NCBI RefSeq assembly: GCF_006345805.1
Contig: NC_043008.1
Location: 43,400,001-43,464,000, forward strand
Direction: 5' to 3'
Length of the DNA stretch: 64,000 nucleotides
Origin: Octopus sinensis
Taxonomy: Eukaryota
Notes under the pieces: model-generated
The model's input: the letters and a program-made list of their open reading frames with translations, nothing else
The model's database searches: none
What the model was told of the DNA's origin: nothing
Made by a program: the position numbers and the translations under genes
Shown here: positions 41,622 through 53,941 of the stretch, one piece after another
Layout: every line of letters starts with the position of its first letter
Numbering within the stretch: the first letter of the stretch is position 1

Positions 41622-41654
41622 AAGAAGAAGAAGAAGAAGAAGAAGAAGAAGAAG
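41497..41654 (+). repeat. (AAT)n-(GAT)n-(AAT)n-(AAG)n compound microsatellite
   Basis: Direct inspection. Confidence 0.95.
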
Positions 41655-41765
41655 AATCCTTTCTACTATAGACACAAGGTCTGAACTTTGTGGGGAGGGT
41701 CGTTAGTCGATTACATCGACCCCCAGTACTAAGCTTGTACTTATTTTTATCGAACTCGAAAGGAG
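41655..41765 (-). mobile_element. SINE family B 3' fragment
   Basis: cctttctactatagacacaagg...tcgaccccagtac...ttatcga matches the B tail variant 1 in reverse. Confidence 0.7.
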
Positions 41766-41802
41766 GGAAGAAAGACAAACTATTTTTTATTATTAGCCAC
41801 AG

Positions 41803-41915
41803 GAACTCGAAGGGATGCGAAAGATACGAAACCTTCACTGGGGATTACGGAGAAAGAGAAAAAACATGGAGTCTGAAAATACATGCTTAGAAATTACGAC
41901 GTCATGCAATATGCG
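41803..41915 (+). CDS. Weak candidate exon ELEGMRKIRNLHWGLRRKRKNMESENTCLEITTSCNM
   Basis: Acceptor tattttttattattagccacag, donor gcg|gtaggg; only phase 0 is open. No homology recognised. Confidence 0.2.
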
Positions 41916-42394
41916 GTAGGGAGTATTTAGAATTTTTAAGGTGTGCACATGCACTTACAGACCCCATCTATATGTATGTATATTTACATTTATACGTGGG
42001 ATCTCTATATATATGTACAATACGCACACACATACGTATGTACTTGCACACACACATACGTATGTCCATACACGCATATATTTTTGCACGAATTTATTCA
42101 ATGAAGAGTGGAAGTACAATAAAACACATAATAGTTAAGGTAACGTATAATTTAAAGAAAAAATACATGAAAGATTTTCTGGTTAGGTTGCGTTAGTGCA
42201 CCCCCAGCCCCTTTTTACTTAATCATATCTGCAGCTGTGTTCAAGTGAAACTTAACATTAAGCGTTTTCTGTTGCATTTGGTGTCGAGAAACATCGGCGT
42301 TTAAAGAGGGTTTTCTTTTAAATTCGGTATAATGTCATTGTAATTTTAATTTTATTATTAATCTATCTTTTGCATGTTTTTCTCTTTTTCTCTT

Positions 42395-42786
42395 TTATCT
42401 TGTTTCAGTCATTTGACTGCGGCCATGCTGGAGCACTGCCTTTAGTCGAGCAAATCGACCCCGGGACTTATTCTTTGTAAGCCCAGTACTTATTCTATCG
42501 GTCTCTTTTGCCGAACCGCTAGGTGACGGGGACGTAAATACACAAGCATCGGTTGTCAAGCAATGCTAGGGGGACAAACACAGACACACAAACACACACA
42601 CATACATATATATATATATACATATATACGACAGGCTTCTTTCAGTTTCCGTCTACCAAATCCACTCACAAGGCATTGGTCGGCCCGGGGCTATAGCAGA
42701 AGACACTTGCCCAAGATGCCACGCAGTGGGACTGAACCCGGAACCATGTGGTTGGTTAGCAAGCTACTTACCACACAGCCACTCCT
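42395..42786 (-). mobile_element. SINE family A (full-length reference copy)
   Basis: tRNA-like head (gtgtggtaagtagcttgct..ggttccgggttcagtccc), internal (AT)/(GT) tract and 3' gctccagcatggccgcagtcaaatgactgaaacaag. Confidence 0.9.
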
Positions 42787-43119
42787 TTGTTTATATTTCG
42801 AACCTAATTGCTTTTATTATTCTAATTTCTAGGGAGAGCCCATCGTGCCTCAAATACGTAATTGCGATAATCCCATTTCATCATGGTATGATCAGTATTT
42901 TACTGAGAATGTGTTTCATTATCTTTTAGAAAGAATTTTTCTTCTCCTTGTTTCGATTTTCCTGCTGAATCTTCATTTTCTTTGATGTTTTCAGCATTTT
43001 TCCTCTTAAGATTCCTACAGAACCTTTAGCCAATAGATATTTCCTTTGTTGTTCCTGGAGCATTTTTAACTGTTGGGACTCTGGAAACTGAGGTTTGTTG
43101 AGGGTTTTTTCTCTCTCAC

Positions 43120-43237
43120 TCTTCCTTATATTCCCAATTCTTCCGGGTAGAATTCAGCTCCAAACAGGCTTTTACTCCGACTAATGTAACAACTAGTCTT
43201 TCTGTATCACCAATCTCAGAATCTTCATCTCGATCAC
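43120..43237 (-). CDS. Weak candidate exon or pseudogene fragment DRDEDSEIGDTERLVVTLVGVKACLELNSTRKNWEYKE
   Basis: Minus acceptor cactcttctgtag, donor gaaga|gtgaga; open in phase 1. Downstream sequence is also coding-like in a shifted frame. Confidence 0.2.
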
Positions 43238-43765
43238 CTACAGAAGAGTGTTATACTCTATTTTTTTATCGTTTCATATTTTACTTGTTTTATTCCATTA
43301 GACTGCCGCCATGCTGGAGCACTACCTTGAAGAACTTTTACTCGAAAGAATCAACCCCAGCACGAATCTTAAGAAAGATTCATGAGATTTGGGGAAATTT
43401 GTCACCAAGCGTCAGATTGACATCCGGAATACCTTGGCTATTTCTCAACCAATGAATTACAGAAAACTTCTAGAAATCACCATCTTAGAAATATTCACGC
43501 ATTGGAGGATAATAAATATTCTAAAACATACTGCACAAACACGCTCATCACACACACACATGAATGCGCGCGCACACACACAAAACTTACATGCAAACGC
43601 GCACACATACAAGTACGCACACAGACATACGTATGCACAAACACAAATATACAAACACATACACACACATCACGCACGCGCACGCGCGCACACAAGTACA
43701 CATATAAGCATACACACACACGCACACATGCATACACAGCACACACATTGCAGCAAACACTCCAA

Positions 43766-43872
43766 TGGTCGGCCTGAGGCTATAGTAGAAGACACTTGCT
43801 CAAGGTACCACGCATTGGATCTGAACTCGGAACCATGTGGTTGGGAAGCAAACTTCTGACCACATAGCCTTT
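43766..43872 (-). mobile_element. SINE family A 5' half
   Basis: ggctatagtagaagacacttgctcaaggtaccacgc...ggaaccatgtggttggg. Confidence 0.8.
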
Positions 43873-44029
43873 CCTAGGACTAAACAACCGATGCCCTGGA
43901 GCGATTGAATAGTCTTCCATCTGGTTCGGTTTCTGACTAATCGTATCTGTCAGAAATCACTCCAGCTGAAAGACCACATAACAGATAACAGAAATAACGA
44001 TTGCAGATTGGGGCGTCGAGCTTGCAGAA

Positions 44030-44450
44030 TCGTTGGCGGCGTTTCGCGGGGTTTTAGTTTCTAAGTTCAATTTCTTTCGAGGTCGTCGTTGCCTTTCTTG
44101 CTTTCGAGGTCGATAAAAACTGTACCAACCGAGTATTGGGGTCGTTGCAATTGTCTTAACTCCTCCCCCGAAATTGCTGGCTTTGTGCCAAAATGTGAAA
44201 CCGTTATTATAAATGTAGGCTAAGGCAGAGAGCTTGTAGGATTGTCAGAGCGTCGGGAAAATGTTTCGCGGCATGTCTTTCGACTCTACGTTCACATTCT
44301 GAGTTCAAATCTTGTCAGGGTGAACTTAGCTTTTCATACCTCTAAGGTCGATAAAATAAAGTAGCAAAGAATTACTGAGCTAGATGATATTGACTGATCT
44401 CCTGCTCTCAAAATTGCCGGCCTTGTGCATGAATTAGAAACCATTATTAT
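44030..44450 (+). mobile_element. Two tandem, older SINE family B copies
   Basis: About 44030-44210 and 44218-44450, each with gcagaatcg/gagttcaa/gtcgataaaa and a ccttgtgc..gaaaccatt tail. Confidence 0.7.
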
Positions 44451-45194
44451 CATGTAGACTTTATAGTGTAAGTGGTTGAATATACCTCAAGCGCATGTGC
44501 CTTGAGCGTAAACTTCGGGTGAAACCGGTGTGACACAGCGTTTGAGTTAGTGGTATAGTCCATCTTATAGTTGAATATGTGTGGCTGAGTATACCACATA
44601 TACTCAATCATTTAATATATTCTTAATATAACCTTCGCTCAGAATCTGGGTGACGCAGAGTGTTAATTAGGGACACGTGAAATTTGATCAGCTAACATAT
44701 TCCCTCTCTAAGCAATTTCATTGCGTCGGATTGAGTCTGTAACCATGAGATTTACTCAAGGTGTCGCACACAAACACGAACATAAACCCGTACACACATG
44801 CGCGCGCGCGCAACAACAACAACAATAAAAGCAACGACAATAATAATCAGCAAACTCTGAGAAATAAATTTCGAAGAAAGAAACTTGAACGTGGTTATTT
44901 GGTCGAGAACGATGAGTTATAACCAATATCCGGTGTGAGTAATGTATAAACTATAAATACGGGTTAAAGATATAATAATAGTATAAACGATATAATGGCT
45001 GTATAAAAATAATAACGACAATCGTAGGTGTTTATTAATATCAAAACGTAAACTACCGGTATTTTAATTTTAAGTGGATGAAAAATTAATAATTAAATTA
45101 AATTTTAAAAATTCATTTCCGATTCATATCAAGAGACAGAAGTTAGCGATTAAAACTGTTATGATTAAGTTCTATTTCTGGATAAATTACTAGC

Positions 45195-45518
45195 GAAGGC
45201 GCGTGGCTTAGTCGTGAAGAGTATTCAGCTCATGGACGTGAGTTCGATTCCTAGCGAGGCCGTGTGTCTCTTTTTCTTTAAGAAACACATTTTATTTCAA
45301 GTTTCTCCCGTCCACTCAGCTGGCAAAAGTGTGTCGTACCCATATTTCAAAGGGCCAGTCAGTTCACATTCTGTGTCACGCTAAATTTCCCTGGGAACCA
45401 TGCTAAGGGTTACTTGAGTCTGTGGAGTACCCAGCCACTTTCATTCGTTAATTCCACGAGCAGGCTGTTCTGTTGATTGCATCAACTGGAACACAAATCG
45501 TCGTAAGCGACGGAATAT
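45195..45518 (+). mobile_element. SINE family D plus tail X
   Basis: Colinear with 54818-55134. Confidence 0.8.
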
Positions 45519-45545
45519 CAGTTTTTATAGAATTTATTACAACTG

Positions 45546-45776
45546 CAAGATGGCGGATAACCCTTGAAGTATACTTTATATTTTTGCCAACGGGTGTAAT
45601 ATCAGGAGATATGGCGTATCATATACAAATAATTCTAAATTAACTTGCAGCCAATCACTTGGTGCTTTTACGAAACGATGAAATGTATAAGTAATTTTCA
45701 AAAAGAAAAATTGCTCATTATCTTAAAATAAAATGAATGAAAACAAATTTCTCATTTGCATAATTCGTCACGTGAC
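45546..45776. promoter_or_regulatory. Candidate promoter-like motif cluster
   Basis: CAAGATGGCGG (YY1-like, 45546), CCAATCA (45651), ATTTGCAT octamer (45754) and perfect GTCACGTGAC E-box (45767), upstream of a long CT tract. Confidence 0.25.
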
Positions 45777-45869
45777 TATTGCCATTTCCTTCCTCTTCTG
45801 CTTCTGTAATTCTTTCCGTCTCACTGAGTGTGGGCAGCTTCCCTTTACCAAGCCTCATAGAGACACTCA

Positions 45870-46385
45870 GCCTTTCGAGAACTTTCTCTTTCTCTCTGTC
45901 TCTCTCTTTCTCTCTTTCTCTCTCTGTTGCTCTCTCTCTCTCATTCTTTATCTCTTTCTCCCTCTCTTTGTTGCTCTCTCTCACTTTCTGTATCTCTCTT
46001 TATCTCTCTGTTGCTCTCTCCCTGTTGCACTCTCTCTTTCTCTCTCTTTCTTTTTCTCTTTCTTTATCTCTGTATCTCACTCTCACTCTCTCTCTCTCTG
46101 TAGCTCTCAGTTTCTCTTTCTGTTGCTCTCTCTCTCTCGTTCTCTCGCTCTCTCGTTCTCTCGCTCTCTCTCTCTCTCTCTCTGTATCTCCCTGTTGCTC
46201 TCACCCTGTTTCTCTCTCACTCCTTCTCCCTTTCTCTTTCTCTCTCTCTGATGCTCTCTCCCCTCTCTCTGTTGCTCTCTATCTCTCTCTGTATCTCTGT
46301 TTTACTTTCAATTGCCCTCTCTCTCTCTTTCTCTCTATCTGTATCTCTGTATCTCTCTGTTGCTCTCTCTCCCTCTCCTTCTCTG
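45870..46385 (+). repeat. CT-rich polypyrimidine tract with recurring ctgttgctctctc unit
   Basis: Direct inspection. Confidence 0.9.
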
Positions 46386-46444
46386 CGATGGAAAGCATGA
46401 CTGGGAAATCAATCAACCAGTGTCGCTATTATAAATAAATATTT

Positions 46445-46640
46445 AAGGCTGCCAGCTGGCAGAATCGTTAGCACGTTTGACAAAATGCTTAGCGGCATTT
46501 CGTCCGTCTTTACGTTCCGAGTTCAAATTCCGTCGAGCTCGACTTTGCTTTCATCCTTCCAAGTACAAGAGTCAATCTAATCGACTAATCCCCTCCCCAA
46601 AATTTCCAAGCCTTGGCCCTATAGTAAAATGGATTATTAC
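46445..46640 (+). mobile_element. SINE family B
   Basis: gctggcagaatcgttagcacg...gagttcaaattccgtcgagctcgactttgc. Confidence 0.85.
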
Positions 46641-46803
46641 TTAGAGATTAGTTGAGTAAAAGTGAAGGAGCGTTTCTTAGTGGTTAACAGGTGTTCGTTT
46701 TATAGCCATAAGGTCGCGGTTTCAATTCCTGACCCTGTGTCAGTAATCGTACGATTTTGATATTACAATTCCTCTTAACTATCCTATTTATGATGTCTTA
46801 GAG

Positions 46804-47308
46804 CAGTGATCCTCAACCAGGGCCCACTTAAGATTTTGTTGTTAAAATTTATATGCCATAAATAGTTTATACTTCTACAGTATACAGAATATATTTTAAC
46901 AATTTTAAACATTTCCTAATTATATTCGGGAAGATTCGCAGGGTGGTCATTCGCCCGCTGACATTCGTTGACGCGGCATCGAAGGAATCAAGGGACAAAA
47001 GACCAAAGAGAAAAGAAAAAAAACGCACTCAGCACCAGGACTGGAGACACCTCCGAAAGGATGGGTCCCGTCACGTCGAAAGCGGTAGAGGACTAGGGGC
47101 CGAAACCGGTCGTGCTTCTTCCTGATGATATCCTTAGCTATTGGATCCTATAAAGGAGCTGTTGAGGTAGCAAACCATGAAATGTGGTTGGACATCCTTA
47201 TAAAAATAGAATAGGATTTTATTTAGACATCGAATGGCTGTGGGGATCCAGAGGAATAAAATAGGAACCAAAAAGGGTCCATAGGCAAAAAGTGGTTACG
47301 AACCACAG
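46804..47308. mobile_element. hAT (Charlie-like) MITE with nested insert
   Basis: TIRs cagtgatcctcaacc ... ggttacgaaccacag. 8-bp TSD tcttagag (46796-46803) / tctttgag (47309-47316). Confidence 0.75.
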
Positions 47309-47569
47309 TCTTTGAGTTTTAAAAAATGGCCTATGACGTCTTAATGTTTAAAAGATACTTATGGCTTTTATGTGACGTGTTGAAAAGTTACTTATGACAC
47401 TTACTGTTAAAACTGATGATGTTTTGCTGTTCAAAATTATAAATTAGAAACAGAAAAATCTTAAATTCAATTAATAAAATGAATTATTCATCCAAACATT
47501 TGTATGCATGCTGTGTTTAGATATATAAAGAACTTGCAAAGATCGTGTTGTTCTTTGCTTTTTGTCTCT

Positions 47570-47584
47570 TTATTATTATAATAA

Positions 47585-47647
<63 letters not shown>

Positions 47648-47713
47648 TCATCATCATCATCATCATCATCATCATTATTGTTATTATCATCATCATTATT
47701 ATTATTATCATTT

Positions 47714-47762
<49 letters not shown>

Positions 47763-47816
47763 CATCATCATCATCATCATCATCATTATTGTTATTATCA
47801 TCATCATTATTATTAT

Positions 47817-47877
<61 letters not shown>

Positions 47878-47878
47878 G

Positions 47879-47913
<35 letters not shown>

Positions 47914-48030
47914 GTTATTATTATTATCATTATTATAATTATCATCATCATCATCATTATTATTATTATTATCATCTTTATTATTATTATTATTATTATT
48001 ATTATTGTTATTATCATTATTATTATTACC
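47570..48030. repeat. (ATT)n/(ATC)n compound microsatellite with internal duplication
   Basis: Direct inspection. Confidence 0.95.
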
Positions 48031-48455
48031 ATCGTCGTCGCCGTCATTTTTGATGCTGTTATTATTGTTGTCGTTGTTGCTACTCTTCTTCTTCTTCTTC
48101 TTCATGCTGTTGATATTGTTGTCGTTGTTGATAAGGTACTTGTTGCCATGATTAACATTGTTGCTGTTGGTATTGCTTTCGCTGTTGTTGAGATTCTTGC
48201 TGTTGGTGTTGTTGTCATCTTCTTTTCTGCCGAACGTGTTTATGTCTTTCATAGAATGCAAAATTTATGTAAGATTTTCTATTCTTGTTATTTTGTTTCG
48301 CATGTTTTACTCTTCTGTTTCTTCGTTTCCTTTTATTTATTTCTTGTCGAATTCTCGATTTACATAATATGATATATTGTGGGAAATCATGACTGACAGC
48401 ACAACAAAACCTTTTAAAAGAATGGCCGTTAAATAGCATTAGCAACAACGACAAC

Positions 48456-48502
<47 letters not shown>

Positions 48503-48506
48503 CAGT

Positions 48507-48542
<36 letters not shown>

Positions 48543-48619
48543 GGTAGTAGTAACAGCAGCAGTAGTAGTAATAATAATGATATTAAGAAGAAGAACAACA
48601 ACAAGAAGAACAAGAACAA

Positions 48620-48800
48620 GAACAAGAACAAGATATTTCTTTACTACCCACAAGGGGTTAAACATAGTGGGGACAAACAAGGACAGACAAAGGGATTAAG
48701 TCGGTTATATCGCCCCCAGTGCGTAACTGGTACTTAATTTATCGACCCCGAAAAGATGAAAGGTAAAGTCGACCTCGACGGAATTTGAGCTCAGAAGAAG
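48620..48800 (-). mobile_element. SINE family B (tail variant 2), 5' truncated
   Basis: Reverse complement of 63600-63768. Confidence 0.85.
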
Positions 48801-48849
48801 AAGAAGAGTAGAAATGGAGGCGATAGGAATAGTAAAGCCAAGATGTTTT

Positions 48850-49285
48850 CTTATGAAGTCTCACAAATGGAAGACCCCCCCCCCCAGGACCGGACCAAAT
48901 TCCTGACTTCTGACTGAATTGTCTGACAGAAGTACACTAAAATTTAGCTGCATCCCTGACTGATGTCATCCAGGAACCAGAGTAAATACCTGCCTGGATG
49001 ACTGAAGGAATAACATACTTTCTGCCAAAAGCTGAAGGCACAAAAAAAAATGAAGAACTACCGACCAATAATATGTCTCAACACCACCAACAACATCCTC
49101 ACATCCATACTAACTGAAAGAATATACACTTTCCTTGAACAGAACTCTATCTTTCCACGAGCTCAAAAAGGCTATAAAAGGAATTCTTATAGGTGCAAAG
49201 ATCAATTACTTATAAGTAAAATGATTCTAGAGAATTGTCGGAGCAAAAAGAAGAACCTGAGTATGGTATGGATAGACTAAAAGTT
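48850..49285 (+). mobile_element. Dong/R4-clade LINE RT fragment
   Basis: WK..PGPDQIPDF, PAWMTEGITYFLPK, NYRPIICLNT, QKGYKRNSYRCKDQLLISKMILENCRSKKKNLSMVWID* match RT domains 0-3 typical of R4/Dong. Confidence 0.85.
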
Positions 49286-50185
49286 TTAATAATCTTAAAT
49301 TTTATCTTCATACAACAGAAAAATATTGTTTGTATACAATCATCCATTGTACCCCATGATAATTTCCTTTGTATTAACATTATAGGTTTTTATCAGCGTC
49401 TTGACTCTTTAACTGGTAATTAACATTCGATTTAGGGTCTTCCTCTACCCAGTCTCCTTTATAGGCAGTTACTTATACATTTCCTAAAATCCTGACAATA
49501 TTTATGACCATACCCAACTATAAGCTGTCAACTCACTCTTTCTATCCATTCTAAACAGAGACTCTCCTCTAGCCTTAGATTTGGTAGTTGATAAAAAAAA
49601 GTCTAATAAATTAAAAATAAACAACAATCCTTTACAAGCTGTGACCCTAACAAACTTCATACAGTTCATAGAAGTGTAGCATATTCTGGGCTGCATCAGC
49701 AGCAACATGGACTCTTTCCCTCTTCTTGCTCTATTAGAGGATTTGAGTAAAATTATAATAATGTGTCCAACTGATTAAAAATTCTCTTTATGCAGCTGAG
49801 GATAGCTCTGCATTTAAACTGATGTAATTATTGCATTGTTCAATTAAAAGTATCCGCTTAAAACGGTCGTAATGCATCACATCCTGATATCCTGTTGCAT
49901 ATTGGGATTTTTATTCACCTTACTCTGAGTTGTACGGATAATACCGCACTGACTTGGTGCTTCAACACAATTTCCTGAAACGATCGTAAGGATAGATACG
50001 TGATTATATACTATGCTCATCTAACTTCATTGTTCACTTGTAATATTGGAATGCTTGACACCTATAAAAGTTCTGATGAATCTGCATCTATGTATTTCAT
50101 ATTCTCATAATATGAATTTTGATAACGGAATTTGACCTATGAAAGTTTGTACTATATATATATAAATTATGATGCTATTATGCTA

Positions 50186-50216
50186 GGTGTTTCCATTATT
50201 TTGTCCACCCCCTGTA
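50186..50216 (-). mobile_element. Solo Tc1-like TIR
   Basis: Reverse complement TA|cagggggtggacaaaataatggaaacacc. Confidence 0.55.
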
Positions 50217-50531
50217 TATATATATATGTGTGTGTGTGTGTGAGTGCGTGTGTGTGCGTGTGCGTGCGTGTGTGTGCGTGTGCGTGCGCTCAGAAACTGA
50301 GTATTTATTGCATAGCACTTAAGTTTTAGCAGTAAAATCTACATTTAAATGAAAAAAATAATTAGGAAATTTAATTTGAGGATAAAATATATCATCTATT
50401 GAGAATATATTTATCAAGAAACTCAGTGAAAAAAATAAAAGAAATTACAAAATCGATCCAATTTTCTATGAAAACAATTGATAAGATAAAGGAGTAGTAG
50501 CAGCAGCAGCAGTAGCAGTAGTAGTAGTAGT

Positions 50532-50639
<108 letters not shown>

Positions 50640-50640
50640 T

Positions 50641-51236
50641 AAATTCTCCATCATCGGTTTTGAAAGAAATGAAAGAAAATTTATATTAATATTTTAAAAG
50701 CAGGCAAGCGTAGCTCTGCTGATATATATATACATACATACATATATACATATGCAGCCATGCTGGAGCACCGCCTTTAGCCGAGCAAATCGATCCCAGG
50801 ACTTATTCTTTGTAAGCCTAGTACTTATTCTATCCGTTCCATTTGCCGGACTGCTAAGTTATGGGGGACGTTAGCACACCAGCATCGGTTGTCAAGCGAA
50901 AAGCTGTTTGTATTTTGGTTTATTGTAATATTTAAGATCAATAAATCATAGTACATGTGTTTTTAGATTTCCCCGAACTTCTTTCAACTTACCTTGTGCT
51001 AGACATAAGCCTAACTCAGTGCGATATTTGCTTCATTAATAGACTGAAATATTATAGATCATAAATGAGAAGTTTATATGCACCCATGATAATACCGGCC
51101 AGGAGAAAACAGCTTTATTGTCTACATGAAGGTCAACAAGCATTTCTTATATATGTTCAACGGTGAATAACTTTCAATATTCATAGTACAATTTTAGCAG
51201 TTTTTGCAATCCAGTCAAGGACAGCTGTTTCTTCTA

Positions 51237-51295
<59 letters not shown>

Positions 51296-51436
51296 AATTA
51301 GAGAAAAACCACTATTATATATTTATATTATATATTTATATTGTGAAATTTGATTTAGTACTAAATTGAATTTTTCCCTGTAAGTTTGGAGTTATACTCC
51401 CTATTATTATTATTATCATTATTATTATTATTATAT

Positions 51437-51504
<68 letters not shown>

Positions 51505-52098
51505 TAAATTCTCCATCATCGGTTTTGAAAGAAATGAAAGAAAATTTATATTAATATTTTAAAAGCAGGCAAGCGTAGCTCTGCTGATATATATATACAT
51601 ACATACATATATACATATGCAGCCATGCTGGAGCACCGCCTTTAGCCGAGCAAATCGATCCCAGGACTTATTCTTTGTAAGCCTAGTACTTATTCTATCC
51701 GTTCCATTTGCCGGACTGCTAAGTTATGGGGGACGTTAGCACACCAGCATCGGTTGTCAAGCGAAAAGCTGTTTGTATTTTGGTTTATTGTAATATTTAA
51801 GATCAATAAATCATAGTACATGTGTTTTTAGATTTCCCCGAACTTCTTTCAACTTACCTTGTGCTAGACAAAGCCTAACTCAGTGCGATATTTGCTTCAT
51901 TAATAGACTGAAATATTATAGATCATAAATGAGAAGTTTATATGCACCCATGATAATACCGCCAGGAAAAACAGCTTTATTGTCTACATGAAGGTCAACA
52001 AGCATTTCTTATATATGTTCAACGGTGAATAACTTTCAATATTCATAGTACAATTTTAGCAGTTTTTGCAATCCAGTCAAGGACAGCTGTTTCTTCTA

Positions 52099-52159
<61 letters not shown>

Positions 52160-52320
52160 AATTAGAGAAAAACCACTATTATTATATCTTATATTATATA
52201 TTTATATTGTTAATTTTTTTAGTAACTAATTGAATTTTTCCCTGTAAGTTTGGAGTTTATCTCCCTATTATTATTATTATCATTATTATTATTATTATTT
52301 TATATTATAGTAGTAGTAGT
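50641..52320 (+). repeat. Tandem duplication, period about 865 bp, bounded by (AGT)n arrays
   Basis: aaattctccatcatcgg begins at 50641 and again at 51506. The units are near-identical and each contains a SINE A fragment (50756-50899; 51620-51764) and an (AT)n tract. Confidence 0.95.
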
Positions 52321-52354
52321 CGTAGTAGTAGTAGTAGTAGTAGTATGTAGTAGC

Positions 52355-52388
<34 letters not shown>

Positions 52389-52939
52389 TATAAGAAAAGT
52401 CTGTTTCTAAAATCTCTAGAGAGAGAATTCATAATTTTTTGCTCGTAATAGTTGATAATATTAAAAACAATTTCTTGAAACTCGATCGAGTTTGAACAGA
52501 AATAAATCTCAGTGACTGTTCATCAGCCATAGAGAGACACTAAGACGAATTACAATCAACTCTCCACCGACTTAAAAAGATGATAATCAGAAAATTATCC
52601 TGGGGCTAAACAACAACTGAAGCTACTAAAATACGTTGAGGCTATTGTGAGACCAACAACACTAAATCGAAACTAAATAACTGTAGTTTTGTTCAATGTA
52701 TTTTTAATGCGAGCGCCAGAGGCTTTCATTTGTCTTTTTTTTTTCTGTGTTTTTTTTTTTACCTTGATGAAGCAAAAAAAACGATAAAGCTGAAGTGTTT
52801 AACAATACTTCATTGGAATATCTTCCAGAAGTTCCAAACGATGAAGCTGACAAAAACTGAGAAAATAATCCTTACTTTAATAGGTGTTGTCTTTCGAGAA
52901 TACTTTTTACCTTTTAAGTTTACTGTAAGCCATATAATG

Positions 52940-52994
52940 ATATATTGATGATATAATAATAATAATAATATAATAATATAATAATAATAATATA

Positions 52995-53031
<37 letters not shown>

Positions 53032-53069
53032 TAATAATAATAATAATAATGATAATAATGATAATATAA

Positions 53070-53120
<51 letters not shown>
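52940..53120 (+). repeat. (AAT)n microsatellite, imperfect
   Basis: Direct inspection. Confidence 0.95.
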
Positions 53121-53121
<1 letters not shown>

Positions 53122-53296
53122 TTTTAAGCATTTTTAATACTATCATTCTATACTGCCACTGAAGTCTTGCGAAGATAAACTTTATTTTCTTTCATTCTAT
53201 ATTTCTCATTCTTGATTCCCTCTCTCCCTGTCTCTGTCTCCCCCTCTTTTTCTGTCACTGGCTTTCTGTCTCTCTCACACTCACACTCACTCTAAG

Positions 53297-53332
<36 letters not shown>

Positions 53333-53411
53333 CTCTGTATATATGTATAGAGAGAAAGAAATATATAGAAAGATACATACATACATGCACGTGTAAATGT
53401 GCGTAGCATAC

Positions 53412-53448
<37 letters not shown>

Positions 53449-53893
53449 AAATAGATAGATAAATAGATACATAGATAGATAAATAGATAGATATATAGGT
53501 ATATACATGCACGTATAAATGTGTGTGCATATATATATGCACACATATATATATACACATATATATATACATATATATATATATATATGTATGTATGTGT
53601 ATGTGTATAAATATATATATATAATTATATATATGTAATTATTTATATATTTATATATATATATATATATTATATATATATACTAAGCAATAAAGGATTT
53701 AGCAACGAATTGCCTTACACCCACATACCGAATTTAGAATAGCAGTCAAAGAGTTATAGCTATTTTCTTCTACTAAAAAGGGAGATCTCAGTAAAAACAC
53801 AGCAATTGGAAGGCAGACACAAACAGGTAAGAGAGAATGAATTGACGGCAATCTATCATACAATTTAAGTTTAAGTTATATATATATATATAT

Positions 53894-53941
<48 letters not shown>

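Noticed and set aside
47488-48631. Long ORFs of 138-275 aa (poly-N/I/L)
   Set aside because: Translations of (ATT)n/(AGT)n microsatellites, open only because these units lack stops in some frames.
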